DNA of 64,000 bases from Pedobacter sp. (GTDB taxonomy: Bacteria > Bacteroidota > Bacteroidia > Sphingobacteriales > Sphingobacteriaceae): the NCBI GenBank assembly GCA_036677005.1, contig JAKFBV010000069.1, positions 3,147-67,146 of the forward strand, given 5' to 3'. The translations under genes were made by a program, and so were the position numbers. The notes beneath the pieces were generated by a model. That model worked only from the letters and a program-made list of their open reading frames with translations. It ran no database searches and was not told where the DNA came from. Shown in pieces: positions 55,891 to 64,000 of the stretch (within the stretch, counting starts at the first letter, position 1; the number at the start of each line of letters is the position of its first letter).

Positions 55891-57273
55891 CTATTTTGAA
55901 TCCGGAATCGCAAGCCCAATCTCCCGCGCTAATTTTAAAACTTCCCCCATGATCCCTGGCTCGATCGATTCCTTCCATTTGGCCGGCAATCCGAAGGCCA
56001 TTTGGGAGGTATGGCCTTCATATCCGCCTTCCCTTAAAATTTCCACCGTTGGAATATAAGCCATCACATCATTGGAGTAGCCCATCACAAACAGCTCAGG
56101 ACCAAAGATCTTTTTAAGCTTGATCGCATAGTCCACAACAGGTTCACCACCCAGAGCCACTATCGACTGATCCCCCAACTGCCAGAACTGAACTGGATAG
56201 GGATAGCTGCGTAACATGGGCTCATCCTTTTCATATTTCCGGATCATTTCCAATGCCCAGTTCCTGATGTAACCGCTTTCTTTGGCAAGCATCTGGTTTA
56301 ACTCTTCCTTGCCGGGTGGGTTTTCAAATTCAATACTCACTTCTGAATAGGCGGTACTCAAACGCGGTTCCAGATCCCGCATTTCCCCTTCAAGCACAGC
56401 TTCCACTGCCAATGCGAGTTCCTGACCATATTGCTTTGCCAGTGGGATCGATTTGCGCGGCAATGCATTCTGGTTTCCACCGCAACCCTGGAAAAATAGT
56501 GCAGTGGCTCCGGGATGTGCTTTTTCTACCTGGATCTGTGCATATCCGGCATAATCTCCCGACCAGTCATAACCCTGCAATACTGTATTATGGCAGGCAT
56601 ATCCGAAAGCTATGGCCAAAACTTTCCCCTTTTTATCAGTCACCCTGATCACCGGTACTGCGTAATCACTCGGACCTTTCAGATCTGTTTGTGCATCTAT
56701 TTTTGTCTCAATATTATTCCTCCTGTTTACCGCAAAGCGGCTTATCCCGTTCTGACTTGAAATATTAACAGGTTTCATTGATTTTAAGGCCTTTTTGACC
56801 ATAGCCCCGATCTGATCTTCAAACTTGATGGTATAAGTCCTGATCTGTTCTTTTTGCTGTTCATTCAAGGGATATAAGGCCAGAAGAGCGTCCTGCAATA
56901 CCGGTCCGGAATGGGTATGAGAAGTGTTGAAAATGATCTGACTGCGTGAAAGCCGGAAACTTTTTTCAAGGCGGTTCCGGATAGCATCTGAAATGCTTTT
57001 TGGAATACCGGAGAGGTCGGTAGTGATGAGTACAGCCTTTTTGCCTGCCGCATCTTCGATCACCAGAGCTTTTGCCCAAAGCTCATGAAGTTTACCTTCC
57101 GATGGTTTGGTGCGATGTGCAAATCCGGCCATCCACATGGACTCTTCAGGAGTAATGATTACACTGGCAACTCCGGCTTTCCAGCCAGCCTGATTTTTAT
57201 CCTGTGCCGATGAATTTTGAACGGATAGAATAATAAAAGAAAAAAAAGTAATTAAAAGGATATTCTTTTTCAT
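55891..57273 (-). CDS. neutral/alkaline ceramidase-like exported amidase
   Basis: Signal peptide; WKAGVASVIITPEE...LWAKALVIED...FNTSHTHSGP matches the ceramidase N-terminal domain pattern. Start taken at MKKNILL. Confidence 0.85.
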   Translation of the reverse strand: MKKNILLITFFSFIILSVQNSSAQDKNQAGWKAGVASVIITPEESMWMAGFAHRTKPSEGKLHELWAKALVIEDAAGKKAVLITTDLSGIPKSISDAIRNRLEKSFRLSRSQIIFNTSHTHSGPVLQDALLALYPLNEQQKEQIRTYTIKFEDQIGAMVKKALKSMKPVNISSQNGISRFAVNRRNNIETKIDAQTDLKGPSDYAVPVIRVTDKKGKVLAIAFGYACHNTVLQGYDWSGDYAGYAQIQVEKAHPGATALFFQGCGGNQNALPRKSIPLAKQYGQELALAVEAVLEGEMRDLEPRLSTAYSEVSIEFENPPGKEELNQMLAKESGYIRNWALEMIRKYEKDEPMLRSYPYPVQFWQLGDQSIVALGGEPVVDYAIKLKKIFGPELFVMGYSNDVMAYIPTVEILREGGYEGHTSQMAFGLPAKWKESIEPGIMGEVLKLAREIGLAIPDSK

Positions 57274-57440
57274 ATGTATTAAAAACAGCTCTGCCGGTAT
57301 TGGCAAAAGCAATTTATTGATTTAATAAACACAGTGTCCGCTTAAATATTTTTTTTCTTCGGTTCCGAAGCTGTCCAGATGAGAATTACAAAACATGCGA
57401 CCACATTCGGGATCAGGCTTATCTGTCTTATTCGGGGGGC

Positions 57441-59171
57441 TTATTGAAGTACCTGCTTATACTTCAAAAGATCGGCTTCTAATTCTTTATATGGAACATC
57501 CTGTACTCTGTAATTCTTGTCGATAGCAATACTGGCGGCAATTGCTGCGGATTGTCCCAGTACCATAAATACCGGCTCCATACGGATGGATCCAAAGGCG
57601 ATATGAGTTGCAGACAAGCAGGCGGGAGCAAACAGATTGTTTACTTCTGATTTTTTAGGAACGATCGATCTGTAACTTATCGGATAAGGACCTGCAACAT
57701 GCGCTTCCACATTGCCTTCATTTTTTACAAAACCATTCACATCCACATAGCGTTTAATGTTGTGCGAGTCCATACCATAAGCACCCATTCCAACCGGATC
57801 TTCAGCCACTACCAGACGTTCGCAATTTTTTTGTGTCATCACATAATCACTGATCATACGCCTTGCTTCCCGGATGTATAATTGCCCCTGCCAGCCGTCT
57901 TCCCTTTCATATTCATCCTTGCAGGTGCCCCATGTAGAAACCACATCCCGTACTTTTTTAGGAATACGGGGATGATAGGCAAGGGTCCACATTAAACCCT
58001 GCTGATATTTCCGGTGTCGTTCAACAATCTTTTCGCGCTCTTCATAACCCGCTTCAGGGTAGTCATAATTCTGACCTATAAAATCAGTTGAGAATCCTTT
58101 CTGGTTATTGGTATCTGTTTTACGGTTAGGCATATCCGAATTTATCCAGGGTACTAATGGGTCGCCATAGTCATACATTTTTTCGATGGGACCTTCGGCG
58201 GCCTCGTAGTTTCTCATTAATAATTCATAGTCCAGTTCTTTATAACCTGCAGGTTTAGCAAATGGAATTCGGTTATCAGGATGGTTGGTCAAGGTCATGC
58301 GGAAGCAGTAGGTCTGTATTTTATTGTCGCCTTTTCCATCAATTCCCGGCTTTCCCGGAGAAATAAATGGCAGCAAACCGCTTTTAGGATCACCTTTTTT
58401 AATGTAGGGGTCTACACCTTCAATGAAATTATGATTATACGTATTCATTGAGATGGTTCTGCGCAGAGTCAGGCTAATTTTGTTTGCCTGAATACCGTTT
58501 AATGTTTCTCCATACTGAGTGTTGGATTCACGGCCAACAGTATAGCTTACACCGGCGGCTGCCATTAAATCCCCTTCATAGGTAGCATCAATAAACATTT
58601 TTCCCTGATAAACCTGCCCGCTTTCCATTTGAATGGATGTTATTTTTCCTGAAGCTTTTTTAACCCCGCTTTTACGGTTTAAACGCTGATTATAGACCAG
58701 GCTAATGTTTTTTTCCTTACTTAACATCTCCTGAAAGATCTTCAAAGCCGCCGATGGTTCAAAGGTCCACATGGCATCTTCCTGAGCTGCGCTGGTGGTC
58801 TGCCCGCCGTCCTTATAGCTTTCCCTTTTTTGCCAGATCCAGTTTTCAGGTTTTTGGTAATAGGCTTTTACCTGTTGATAGAATTCTCTGGATAAACCGC
58901 CGATTGCCTGTTTGTTGCCGATATCCGTCTGCCCGAGTCCGCCGGTTGTTAGTCCGCCGATTCTGTTAGTTGGCTCAATTAATATCACTTTTTTGCCCAT
59001 TCTCGAGCTTTGAATGGCTGAGCTGATACCGGTAGAGGTAGCGCCATAGACCACAATGTCGAATTGCTGAGCCGTCTGACTTAAAGCCGTCTGATTCCCC
59101 CAGCAAACTAGAATTGCAAGCAGAATACCGAATTTCTTAAAGGATTTCGCAGTAAAATTCATCTTATACAT
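57441..59171 (-). CDS. exported FAD-dependent oxidoreductase
   Basis: Signal peptide followed by a [17 protein letters not shown] Rossmann dinucleotide motif. The start may be Met4 (59162). Confidence 0.85.
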   Translation of the reverse strand: MYKMNFTAKSFKKFGILLAILVCWGNQTALSQTAQQFDIVVYGATSTGISSAIQSSRMGKKVILIEPTNRIGGLTTGGLGQTDIGNKQAIGGLSREFYQQVKAYYQKPENWIWQKRESYKDGGQTTSAAQEDAMWTFEPSAALKIFQEMLSKEKNISLVYNQRLNRKSGVKKASGKITSIQMESGQVYQGKMFIDATYEGDLMAAAGVSYTVGRESNTQYGETLNGIQANKISLTLRRTISMNTYNHNFIEGVDPYIKKGDPKSGLLPFISPGKPGIDGKGDNKIQTYCFRMTLTNHPDNRIPFAKPAGYKELDYELLMRNYEAAEGPIEKMYDYGDPLVPWINSDMPNRKTDTNNQKGFSTDFIGQNYDYPEAGYEEREKIVERHRKYQQGLMWTLAYHPRIPKKVRDVVSTWGTCKDEYEREDGWQGQLYIREARRMISDYVMTQKNCERLVVAEDPVGMGAYGMDSHNIKRYVDVNGFVKNEGNVEAHVAGPYPISYRSIVPKKSEVNNLFAPACLSATHIAFGSIRMEPVFMVLGQSAAIAASIAIDKNYRVQDVPYKELEADLLKYKQVLQ

Positions 59172-59350
59172 AAAATCTGTTTGATCATTATTTTAAACCA
59201 ACTGAAATAAAACTAAGAAAATATTTGTGGTTTCTGAATAAATCTGTTACCGGCACTTTCTTACCTCTGTAACCTGGCTGAATGGGAACAGCAATTACCC
59301 TGTAGTCGGTGTTATCACCGTCCACATAACTTTGTATTTCAGCCACTTTA

Positions 59351-59386
59351 AAACAAAAAATGCCGTCCGCCTTTGGGCGGACAGCA
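59351..59386 (-). terminator. intrinsic terminator after tRNA-Ser
   Basis: On the minus strand, TGCTGTCCGCC-CAAA-GGCGGACGGCA is followed by TTTTTTGTTT. Confidence 0.8.
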
Positions 59387-59390
59387 TTTT

Positions 59391-59483
<93 letters not shown>

Positions 59484-59511
59484 TAAATTGGGCCTTTTTA
59501 TTATTCTTCTG

Positions 59512-59554
59512 TTCGGCCACTCTCCGAAGGAGTCCTTTGGACTGACACCTCTCC
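59512..59554 (-). other. duplicated tRNA-Ser 5' segment interrupted by a 20-nt hairpin insert
   Basis: The minus strand reads GGAGAGGTGTC[AGTCCAAAGGACTCCTTCGG]AGAGTGGCCGAAC. The gene itself has GGAGAGGTGTCAGAGTGGCCGAAC. Confidence 0.8.
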
Positions 59555-59564
59555 GGAAAGGATG

Positions 59565-59572
59565 CAAAAGTA
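59565..59572 (-). promoter_or_regulatory. -7 box TACTTTTG, 10 nt upstream of the duplicated tRNA 5' segment
   Basis: Plus strand CAAAAGTA. No comparable box lies between the fragment and the real tRNA. Confidence 0.45.
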
Positions 59573-59700
59573 TCAAAATTTTCATTAGTATAATACTGTT
59601 TTTTAAATGGCTCTAAGCTTCCATGGGCTTATATTCATAACATTGTGTGAGCGGCAGGCTCCTGCAGGTTCATCAACAACAAATGTTTACTTAAAATACA

Positions 59701-59720
59701 AATCCCACACTCTCCGCCGC
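59701..59720 (+). other. inverted copy of the tRNA-Ser 3' end (att-like scar)
   Basis: AATCCCACACTCTCCGCC on the plus strand against AATCCCACCCTCTCCGCC in the minus-strand gene (17/18). Confidence 0.65.
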
Positions 59721-59947
59721 TTAATTTTTTTTACAGGTTACGCTAATGCAGGAAAGCACTTCCACTAATTGGTTTGTAGAAACTTTCTGGCAAACATTGG
59801 CACTATCCTTCCCCAAATCGTGGTGTAAAATCCCCCTCTTTGGGTAATTAACTTTACTAAATGCGCCATTAGGTATTCTTTTGGCATTGGTCCTTTATTT
59901 GACTTACAGTTAACAGCAAATAAATTAACATTAAACAAATTTCAAAC

Positions 59948-60034
59948 ATGAAGAATTTAACTTACAATCATTTGGTCGCTTTGATCCCATTAGCTTTTAT
60001 TGTATTAGCAATATTCACTCTTATCTTGCAGTAA
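59948..60034 (+). CDS. candidate 28-aa hydrophobic micro-ORF
   Basis: MKNLTYNHLVALIPLAFIVLAIFTLILQ, read by hand. No supporting signals. Confidence 0.2.
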   Translation: MKNLTYNHLVALIPLAFIVLAIFTLILQ

Positions 60035-60269
60035 CTTTAGTCAATAGTTACTTATCCCATTTTCAGGAGCATATAATTGGATGCATTTGTTGTTATGTTC
60101 CTGAATATGATTTCTCCAGTAATTATTAGCTGTTCACACCAGGTTAATCGTCTTTTACTCTGCGGGTATGCGGGAAGGCTAGCAATCCTTCAAAAGTGCT
60201 ATTTGATCAGAAATACTGAAAAGCATGATCTGATCTTCATTTAGTTCTGAAAAATTCCGGCATTTTCAA

Positions 60270-60277
60270 TAAATTTG
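60270..60277 (+). promoter_or_regulatory. -7 box TAAATTTG upstream of the polyprenyl synthase gene
   Basis: Matches TAnnTTTG, 36 nt before the ATG at 60314. Confidence 0.45.
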
Positions 60278-60313
60278 CAGTAATAAATTCATATTAAACG
60301 GTTTCTGAAATTA

Positions 60314-61285
60314 ATGCTGAGTCTCGACGAGATCAAACAACCCATCGCCGGAGAACTGGATGCTTTTGAACAAAAGTTCAAGGCCTCGATGCAAAGCTCG
60401 GTTCCGCTTCTTGACCGGATTACACATTATATTGTAAAACGAAAAGGGAAGCAGATCCGTCCGATGTTTGTTTTCTTTGCCGCCAGCCTGTGCGGCGGAA
60501 TTACAGAAGCCACTCACCGCGGGGCAGCTCTGGTCGAATTATTGCATACCGCCACCCTGGTTCATGATGATGTGGTGGATAATTCCTACGAACGCCGCGG
60601 CTTTTTTTCTATCAATGCTTTATGGAAGAATAAGATCGCGGTTCTGGTGGGTGATTTTCTATTATCCAAAGGACTGCTGCTTTCGATCAATAATGGCGAC
60701 TTCGGCCTGCTGAAAATAGTCTCTGAAGCTGTAAAGCAGATGAGTGAGGGTGAACTATTGCAGATCGAAAAGGCCCGCCGCCTGGATATTGATGAAGCGG
60801 TCTATTATGAAGTGATCCGTCAGAAAACGGCATCACTGATTGCTTCATGCTGTGCCTGCGGTGCCGCTTCTGCGGGTGCGGATGCTGAAACTATTGAAAA
60901 AATGCGGCTTTTTGGAGAAAAGGTGGGCATAGCCTTCCAGATCAAGGATGATCTTTTTGATTTCGGAACGGATGATATCGGGAAACCGCTTGGCATAGAC
61001 ATCAAAGAAAAGAAGATCACTTTGCCCCTGATCTATGCCTTAAATAAGTCGGGTAGCGCTGAAAAAAGAAGGATCATCAACCTGGTAAAAAATCATAATG
61101 AGGAGGCTGATAAAGTGGCGGAGATCATCGATTATGTACGAAACAGCGGTGGCATGGATTATGCCAGCCGTCAGATGGAGATCTATCAGCAGGAAGCTTT
61201 CGATATTTTAAACGAATTACCGGAACATAGTTCACGCAATGCTTTGCAGCAGCTGGTCCGCTTCACTACAGAGCGCAAAAAATAA
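60314..61285 (+). CDS. all-trans polyprenyl-diphosphate synthase (IspB-like)
   Basis: Two Asp-rich motifs, LVHDDVVDN and FQIKDDLFD. Confidence 0.92.
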   Translation: MLSLDEIKQPIAGELDAFEQKFKASMQSSVPLLDRITHYIVKRKGKQIRPMFVFFAASLCGGITEATHRGAALVELLHTATLVHDDVVDNSYERRGFFSINALWKNKIAVLVGDFLLSKGLLLSINNGDFGLLKIVSEAVKQMSEGELLQIEKARRLDIDEAVYYEVIRQKTASLIASCCACGAASAGADAETIEKMRLFGEKVGIAFQIKDDLFDFGTDDIGKPLGIDIKEKKITLPLIYALNKSGSAEKRRIINLVKNHNEEADKVAEIIDYVRNSGGMDYASRQMEIYQQEAFDILNELPEHSSRNALQQLVRFTTERKK

Positions 61286-61286
61286 A

Positions 61287-62336
61287 ATGTCAAACGAGTA
61301 TATATTTTTCGGCAGTTTCCTGCTTTTTATTATTCTGATGCTGGCTATTGACCTGGGACTTTTTAACAAAAGGGAACATAAGGTCAGTATGAAAGAGGCT
61401 GCCATCATGAGTTTTATATGGGTCAGTTTTGCCATCGGATTTTACTTTTTATTGCTGACGGAGGGCGAAATACTGCATGGGATCAGCAATTTCGCCCAGC
61501 TTCAGGAAGCTACCATCCAGAATTTTCATAATATCACACTCATTCCGGGTAATTATGCCGAAAGCCTTTCGCTCTATAAGCAGAACCTCGCCCTTGAATT
61601 CCTTACCGGTTATGTCATTGAATATGCACTTTCAGTTGATAATATCTTTGTCATGGTCCTGATTTTTTCAGCATTTGGCGTGGATGAAAAGTACTATCAC
61701 CGGGTTTTGTTCTGGGGTATTATCGGTGCGGTGATGATGCGCTTTCTTTTTATTTTCCTGGGCTCTACCTTAATTAATGAGTTCGGCTGGATCCTTTATA
61801 TTTTCGGGGCATTCCTGGTTTACACCGGGATCACGATGTTCATGAGCCGTGATGAGGAAGAAAAGATCGATACCGAGAACCATAAGGTGGTCCTTTTTGC
61901 ATCCAGGTACTTTTCAGTTTATCCTGAATATGCGGGTAAAAAGTTCTTTATTAAGGTGGATGGGAAAAAAATGGTAACCCCGCTTTTCATTGTCCTTCTT
62001 ATCGTAGAATTTACCGATCTTATTTTTGCGGTTGATTCAATTCCGGCGATCTTTGCCGTGACCAAAGACCCCTACATTGTGTTTTTCTCGAATATATTCG
62101 CCATTCTGGGTTTACGTTCGATGTTTTTTCTGCTGGTGAACGTTATTCATAAATTCCATTACCTCAAAACAGGCTTATCCTTTCTGCTGCTATTCATCGG
62201 ACTTAAAATGCTGGCGCACCACTGGCTGACCCTATGGGGTTTTACCACCATGCATTCCCTGTTCATCATTCTGTTCATTCTTACCGCAAGTATTGTGGCA
62301 TCGCTTATGTTCCCGAAAAAGGGGAGCAAGGAATAA
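61287..62336 (+). CDS. TerC-family integral membrane protein
   Basis: EYALSVDNIFV and EFTDLIFAVDSIPA are TerC repeats. The ATG lies 1 nt after the upstream stop. Confidence 0.9.
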   Translation: MSNEYIFFGSFLLFIILMLAIDLGLFNKREHKVSMKEAAIMSFIWVSFAIGFYFLLLTEGEILHGISNFAQLQEATIQNFHNITLIPGNYAESLSLYKQNLALEFLTGYVIEYALSVDNIFVMVLIFSAFGVDEKYYHRVLFWGIIGAVMMRFLFIFLGSTLINEFGWILYIFGAFLVYTGITMFMSRDEEEKIDTENHKVVLFASRYFSVYPEYAGKKFFIKVDGKKMVTPLFIVLLIVEFTDLIFAVDSIPAIFAVTKDPYIVFFSNIFAILGLRSMFFLLVNVIHKFHYLKTGLSFLLLFIGLKMLAHHWLTLWGFTTMHSLFIILFILTASIVASLMFPKKGSKE

Positions 62337-62340
62337 GGAT

Positions 62341-62519
62341 TTACTCTTATCTGTTATCAGTTGTCTGTTACCTGTTGTCTGTTAGCTGTTGTCAGTAAAT
62401 TGTGCTGAATGTCAATGGGGTAGCTTATGTCTTTAATCTTTGCTCCTTGTTCTTTGCTCATAAATCTCCAATGAACCAAAATTTAATCCTGATACCTGAT
62501 ACCTGATACCTGATTCTTA
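62341..62519. repeat. in-phase heptanucleotide mosaic tract (about 25 heptads) filling a convergent intergenic gap
   Basis: TTACTCT TATCTGT TATCAGT TGTCTGT TACCTGT TGTCTGT TAGCTGT TGTCAGT ... TTATGTC TTTAATC TTTGCTC CTTGTTC TTTGCTC ATAAATC ... CCTGATA x3 CCTGATT, all in one register. Confidence 0.85.
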
Positions 62520-63995
62520 TTACAGCAATTTCAGGATCTCATCCACATACGCCCGGTCATTGGCAAGGCGGGGAACTTTATGCTGCCCGCCAAGTTTCCC
62601 CCTGGTTTTCATCCAGTGGTAGAATGTTCCATCCGGTGCTGCATGTATCAGTGGGCGGCGTAATGCCATGTCTTTATAACGTTTGGCATCATAATCTGAA
62701 TTTATTTCTCTTAAGGTTTGGTCGAGCAGATCGGTGAAGCGTTCCATATCATCAGGTTTTTGATCAAACTCGATGATCCACTCATGTCCGCCGGCATCAT
62801 TACCCTTAAAATAGATCGGGCAGGCGGTATAATCACGGATAATGGCATGGGTCTCCAGGCAGGCTTTTGCCAGGCCTTTTTCAGCATTGTCAATGATCAG
62901 CTCCTCGCCAAAAGCATTGATAAAATGTTTGGTGCGGCCTGTGATCTGAATTCGATGCGGCGAGAGTGAAGTGAATTTGATGGTATCGCCGATCATGTAC
63001 CTCCATAATCCGGCATTGGTTGAAATGATCAGGGCATAATTCTTATTAAGCTGCACCTCATCCAGGCCCAGGGTTTTCGGATTTTCTGCATGCAGATGCT
63101 CCATGGGAAGGAACTCATAATAGATCCCATAATCGAGCATGAGCAGCATCTCTTCCGAATTGGACTGGTCCTGAATACCGAAAAATCCTTCTGAGGCATT
63201 ATAAGTTTCCAGATAATACATATTATCTGAAGGAATGAGTTTTTTAAACTGCTCCCGGTAGGGGTTGAAATTAACGGCCCCGTGGAAATAGAATTCCAGG
63301 TTAGGCCATACTTCCAGTAAATTATCCTTGCCTGTTATTTCCAATATTCGTTTCGCCAGTACTAAATTCCAGGTGGGTACACCCGAAATATTGGTGACGT
63401 TTACTTCAATCGTTGCCCTGGCCATTTTTTCGACCTTTTCCTCAAAATTATCCATCAGGGCGATCGACATTTCAGGTGTGCGATAGAATTCAGCCCAGAA
63501 GGGTAAATTCTTGATCAGTACGGCAGACAGGTCGCCGCAATAGGAATCTGTATTCAGCTGGTTGATCTCGTGGCTTCCGCCCAATACAAGGCATTTTCCA
63601 GTAAATATCCTGGTATCGGGACGATTATTACAATACATTGATAAGAGATCTTTACCGCCCTTAAAATGACATTCTTCCAATGATTCCTCACTTACCGGAA
63701 TGAATTTGCTCCGGTCATTGGTAGTTCCCGATGATTTGGCAAACCATTTTATCTCTGAAGGCCAGAGTACATTTTGTTCACCATTGAGCATTTTTTCAAT
63801 GAATGGCTTCAGGCTGTCATAATTCTGGATCGGCACCTTTTCTTTGAACTGATCCTGACTATAGATTGAAGAATAGCCGTGTAATTTGCCCCATTCTGTA
63901 TGCTGGGCGGTGGATATCAGGGTCTGGAACCATTCTTCCTGTACATCATAGGGGTATTTAATGAAAAGCTCGATCTGATGCATCCGCTTTTTCAT
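62520..63995 (-). CDS. GH3 (auxin-responsive promoter) family acyl-adenylate-forming protein
   Basis: Length and motifs (FAKSSGTT, YNASEGFFG) are typical of bacterial GH3 proteins. The true start may lie beyond the window edge. Confidence 0.85.
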   Translation of the reverse strand: MKKRMHQIELFIKYPYDVQEEWFQTLISTAQHTEWGKLHGYSSIYSQDQFKEKVPIQNYDSLKPFIEKMLNGEQNVLWPSEIKWFAKSSGTTNDRSKFIPVSEESLEECHFKGGKDLLSMYCNNRPDTRIFTGKCLVLGGSHEINQLNTDSYCGDLSAVLIKNLPFWAEFYRTPEMSIALMDNFEEKVEKMARATIEVNVTNISGVPTWNLVLAKRILEITGKDNLLEVWPNLEFYFHGAVNFNPYREQFKKLIPSDNMYYLETYNASEGFFGIQDQSNSEEMLLMLDYGIYYEFLPMEHLHAENPKTLGLDEVQLNKNYALIISTNAGLWRYMIGDTIKFTSLSPHRIQITGRTKHFINAFGEELIIDNAEKGLAKACLETHAIIRDYTACPIYFKGNDAGGHEWIIEFDQKPDDMERFTDLLDQTLREINSDYDAKRYKDMALRRPLIHAAPDGTFYHWMKTRGKLGGQHKVPRLANDRAYVDEILKLL

Positions 63996-64000
63996 GATCC

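Noticed and set aside
61285-61290. Mn-sensing yybP-ykoY riboswitch before the TerC-family gene, and an FMN riboswitch before ribH
   Set aside because: The TerC gene starts 1 nt after the upstream stop. The ribH leader is only about 64 nt and shows no FMN-element features.

Overview
This 64-kb chromosomal window is from a Bacteroidota genome, probably Sphingobacteriia-like. That assignment is an inference from three things: the bacillithiol genes bshA and ytxJ, recurrent TAnnTTTG -7 promoter boxes, and almost no Shine-Dalgarno sequences. I call about 60 protein-coding genes. Most are housekeeping: pfkB-family kinase, CNNM/CorC transporter, tilS, rdgB, a SurA-like PPIase, a MoxR ATPase, cysS, two rhomboids, mutL, bshA, an FKBP, nrnA, ndk, recF plus a DUF721/DciA-like gene, ribH, ytxJ, OsmC, lipA, nnr, uvrA, rluB, a TatD-family hydrolase, ansA, a polyprenyl synthase, TerC and a GH3-family protein. 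There is one complete tRNA-Ser(GGA) and the 5' tip of another tRNA at the left edge. I see no rRNA, CRISPR array, transposase, integrase, prophage or recognisable defence system. The following content is not explained by ordinary annotation. (1) Four intergenic tracts are built from blocks of different heptanucleotides that all stay in one 7-nt register (2.0, 5.7, 16.1 and 62.4 kb). (2) There are two small dispersed repeat families: a ~70-nt hairpin element at 7.8 and 30.4 kb, and a composite palindromic element upstream of both recF and uvrA. (3) Two convergent operons lie at 49.4-59.2 kb. One encodes an SSS symporter, an MtnK-like kinase, an enolase paralog with two active-site substitutions and a TAT-exported TIM-barrel enzyme. 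The other encodes four exported proteins: an FAD oxidoreductase, a ceramidase-like amidase and two TAT-signal RidA paralogs. (4) An AT-richer two-gene cassette sits at 48.1-49.1 kb. (5) tRNA-Ser has a promoter-proximal decoy copy of its own 5' end and an inverted 3'-end scar nearby. (6) Five genes have a -7 box only 4-5 nt from the start codon, which is a leaderless layout. All functional interpretations of items 1-6 are inference. No database search or computation beyond hand alignment and hand counting was possible.
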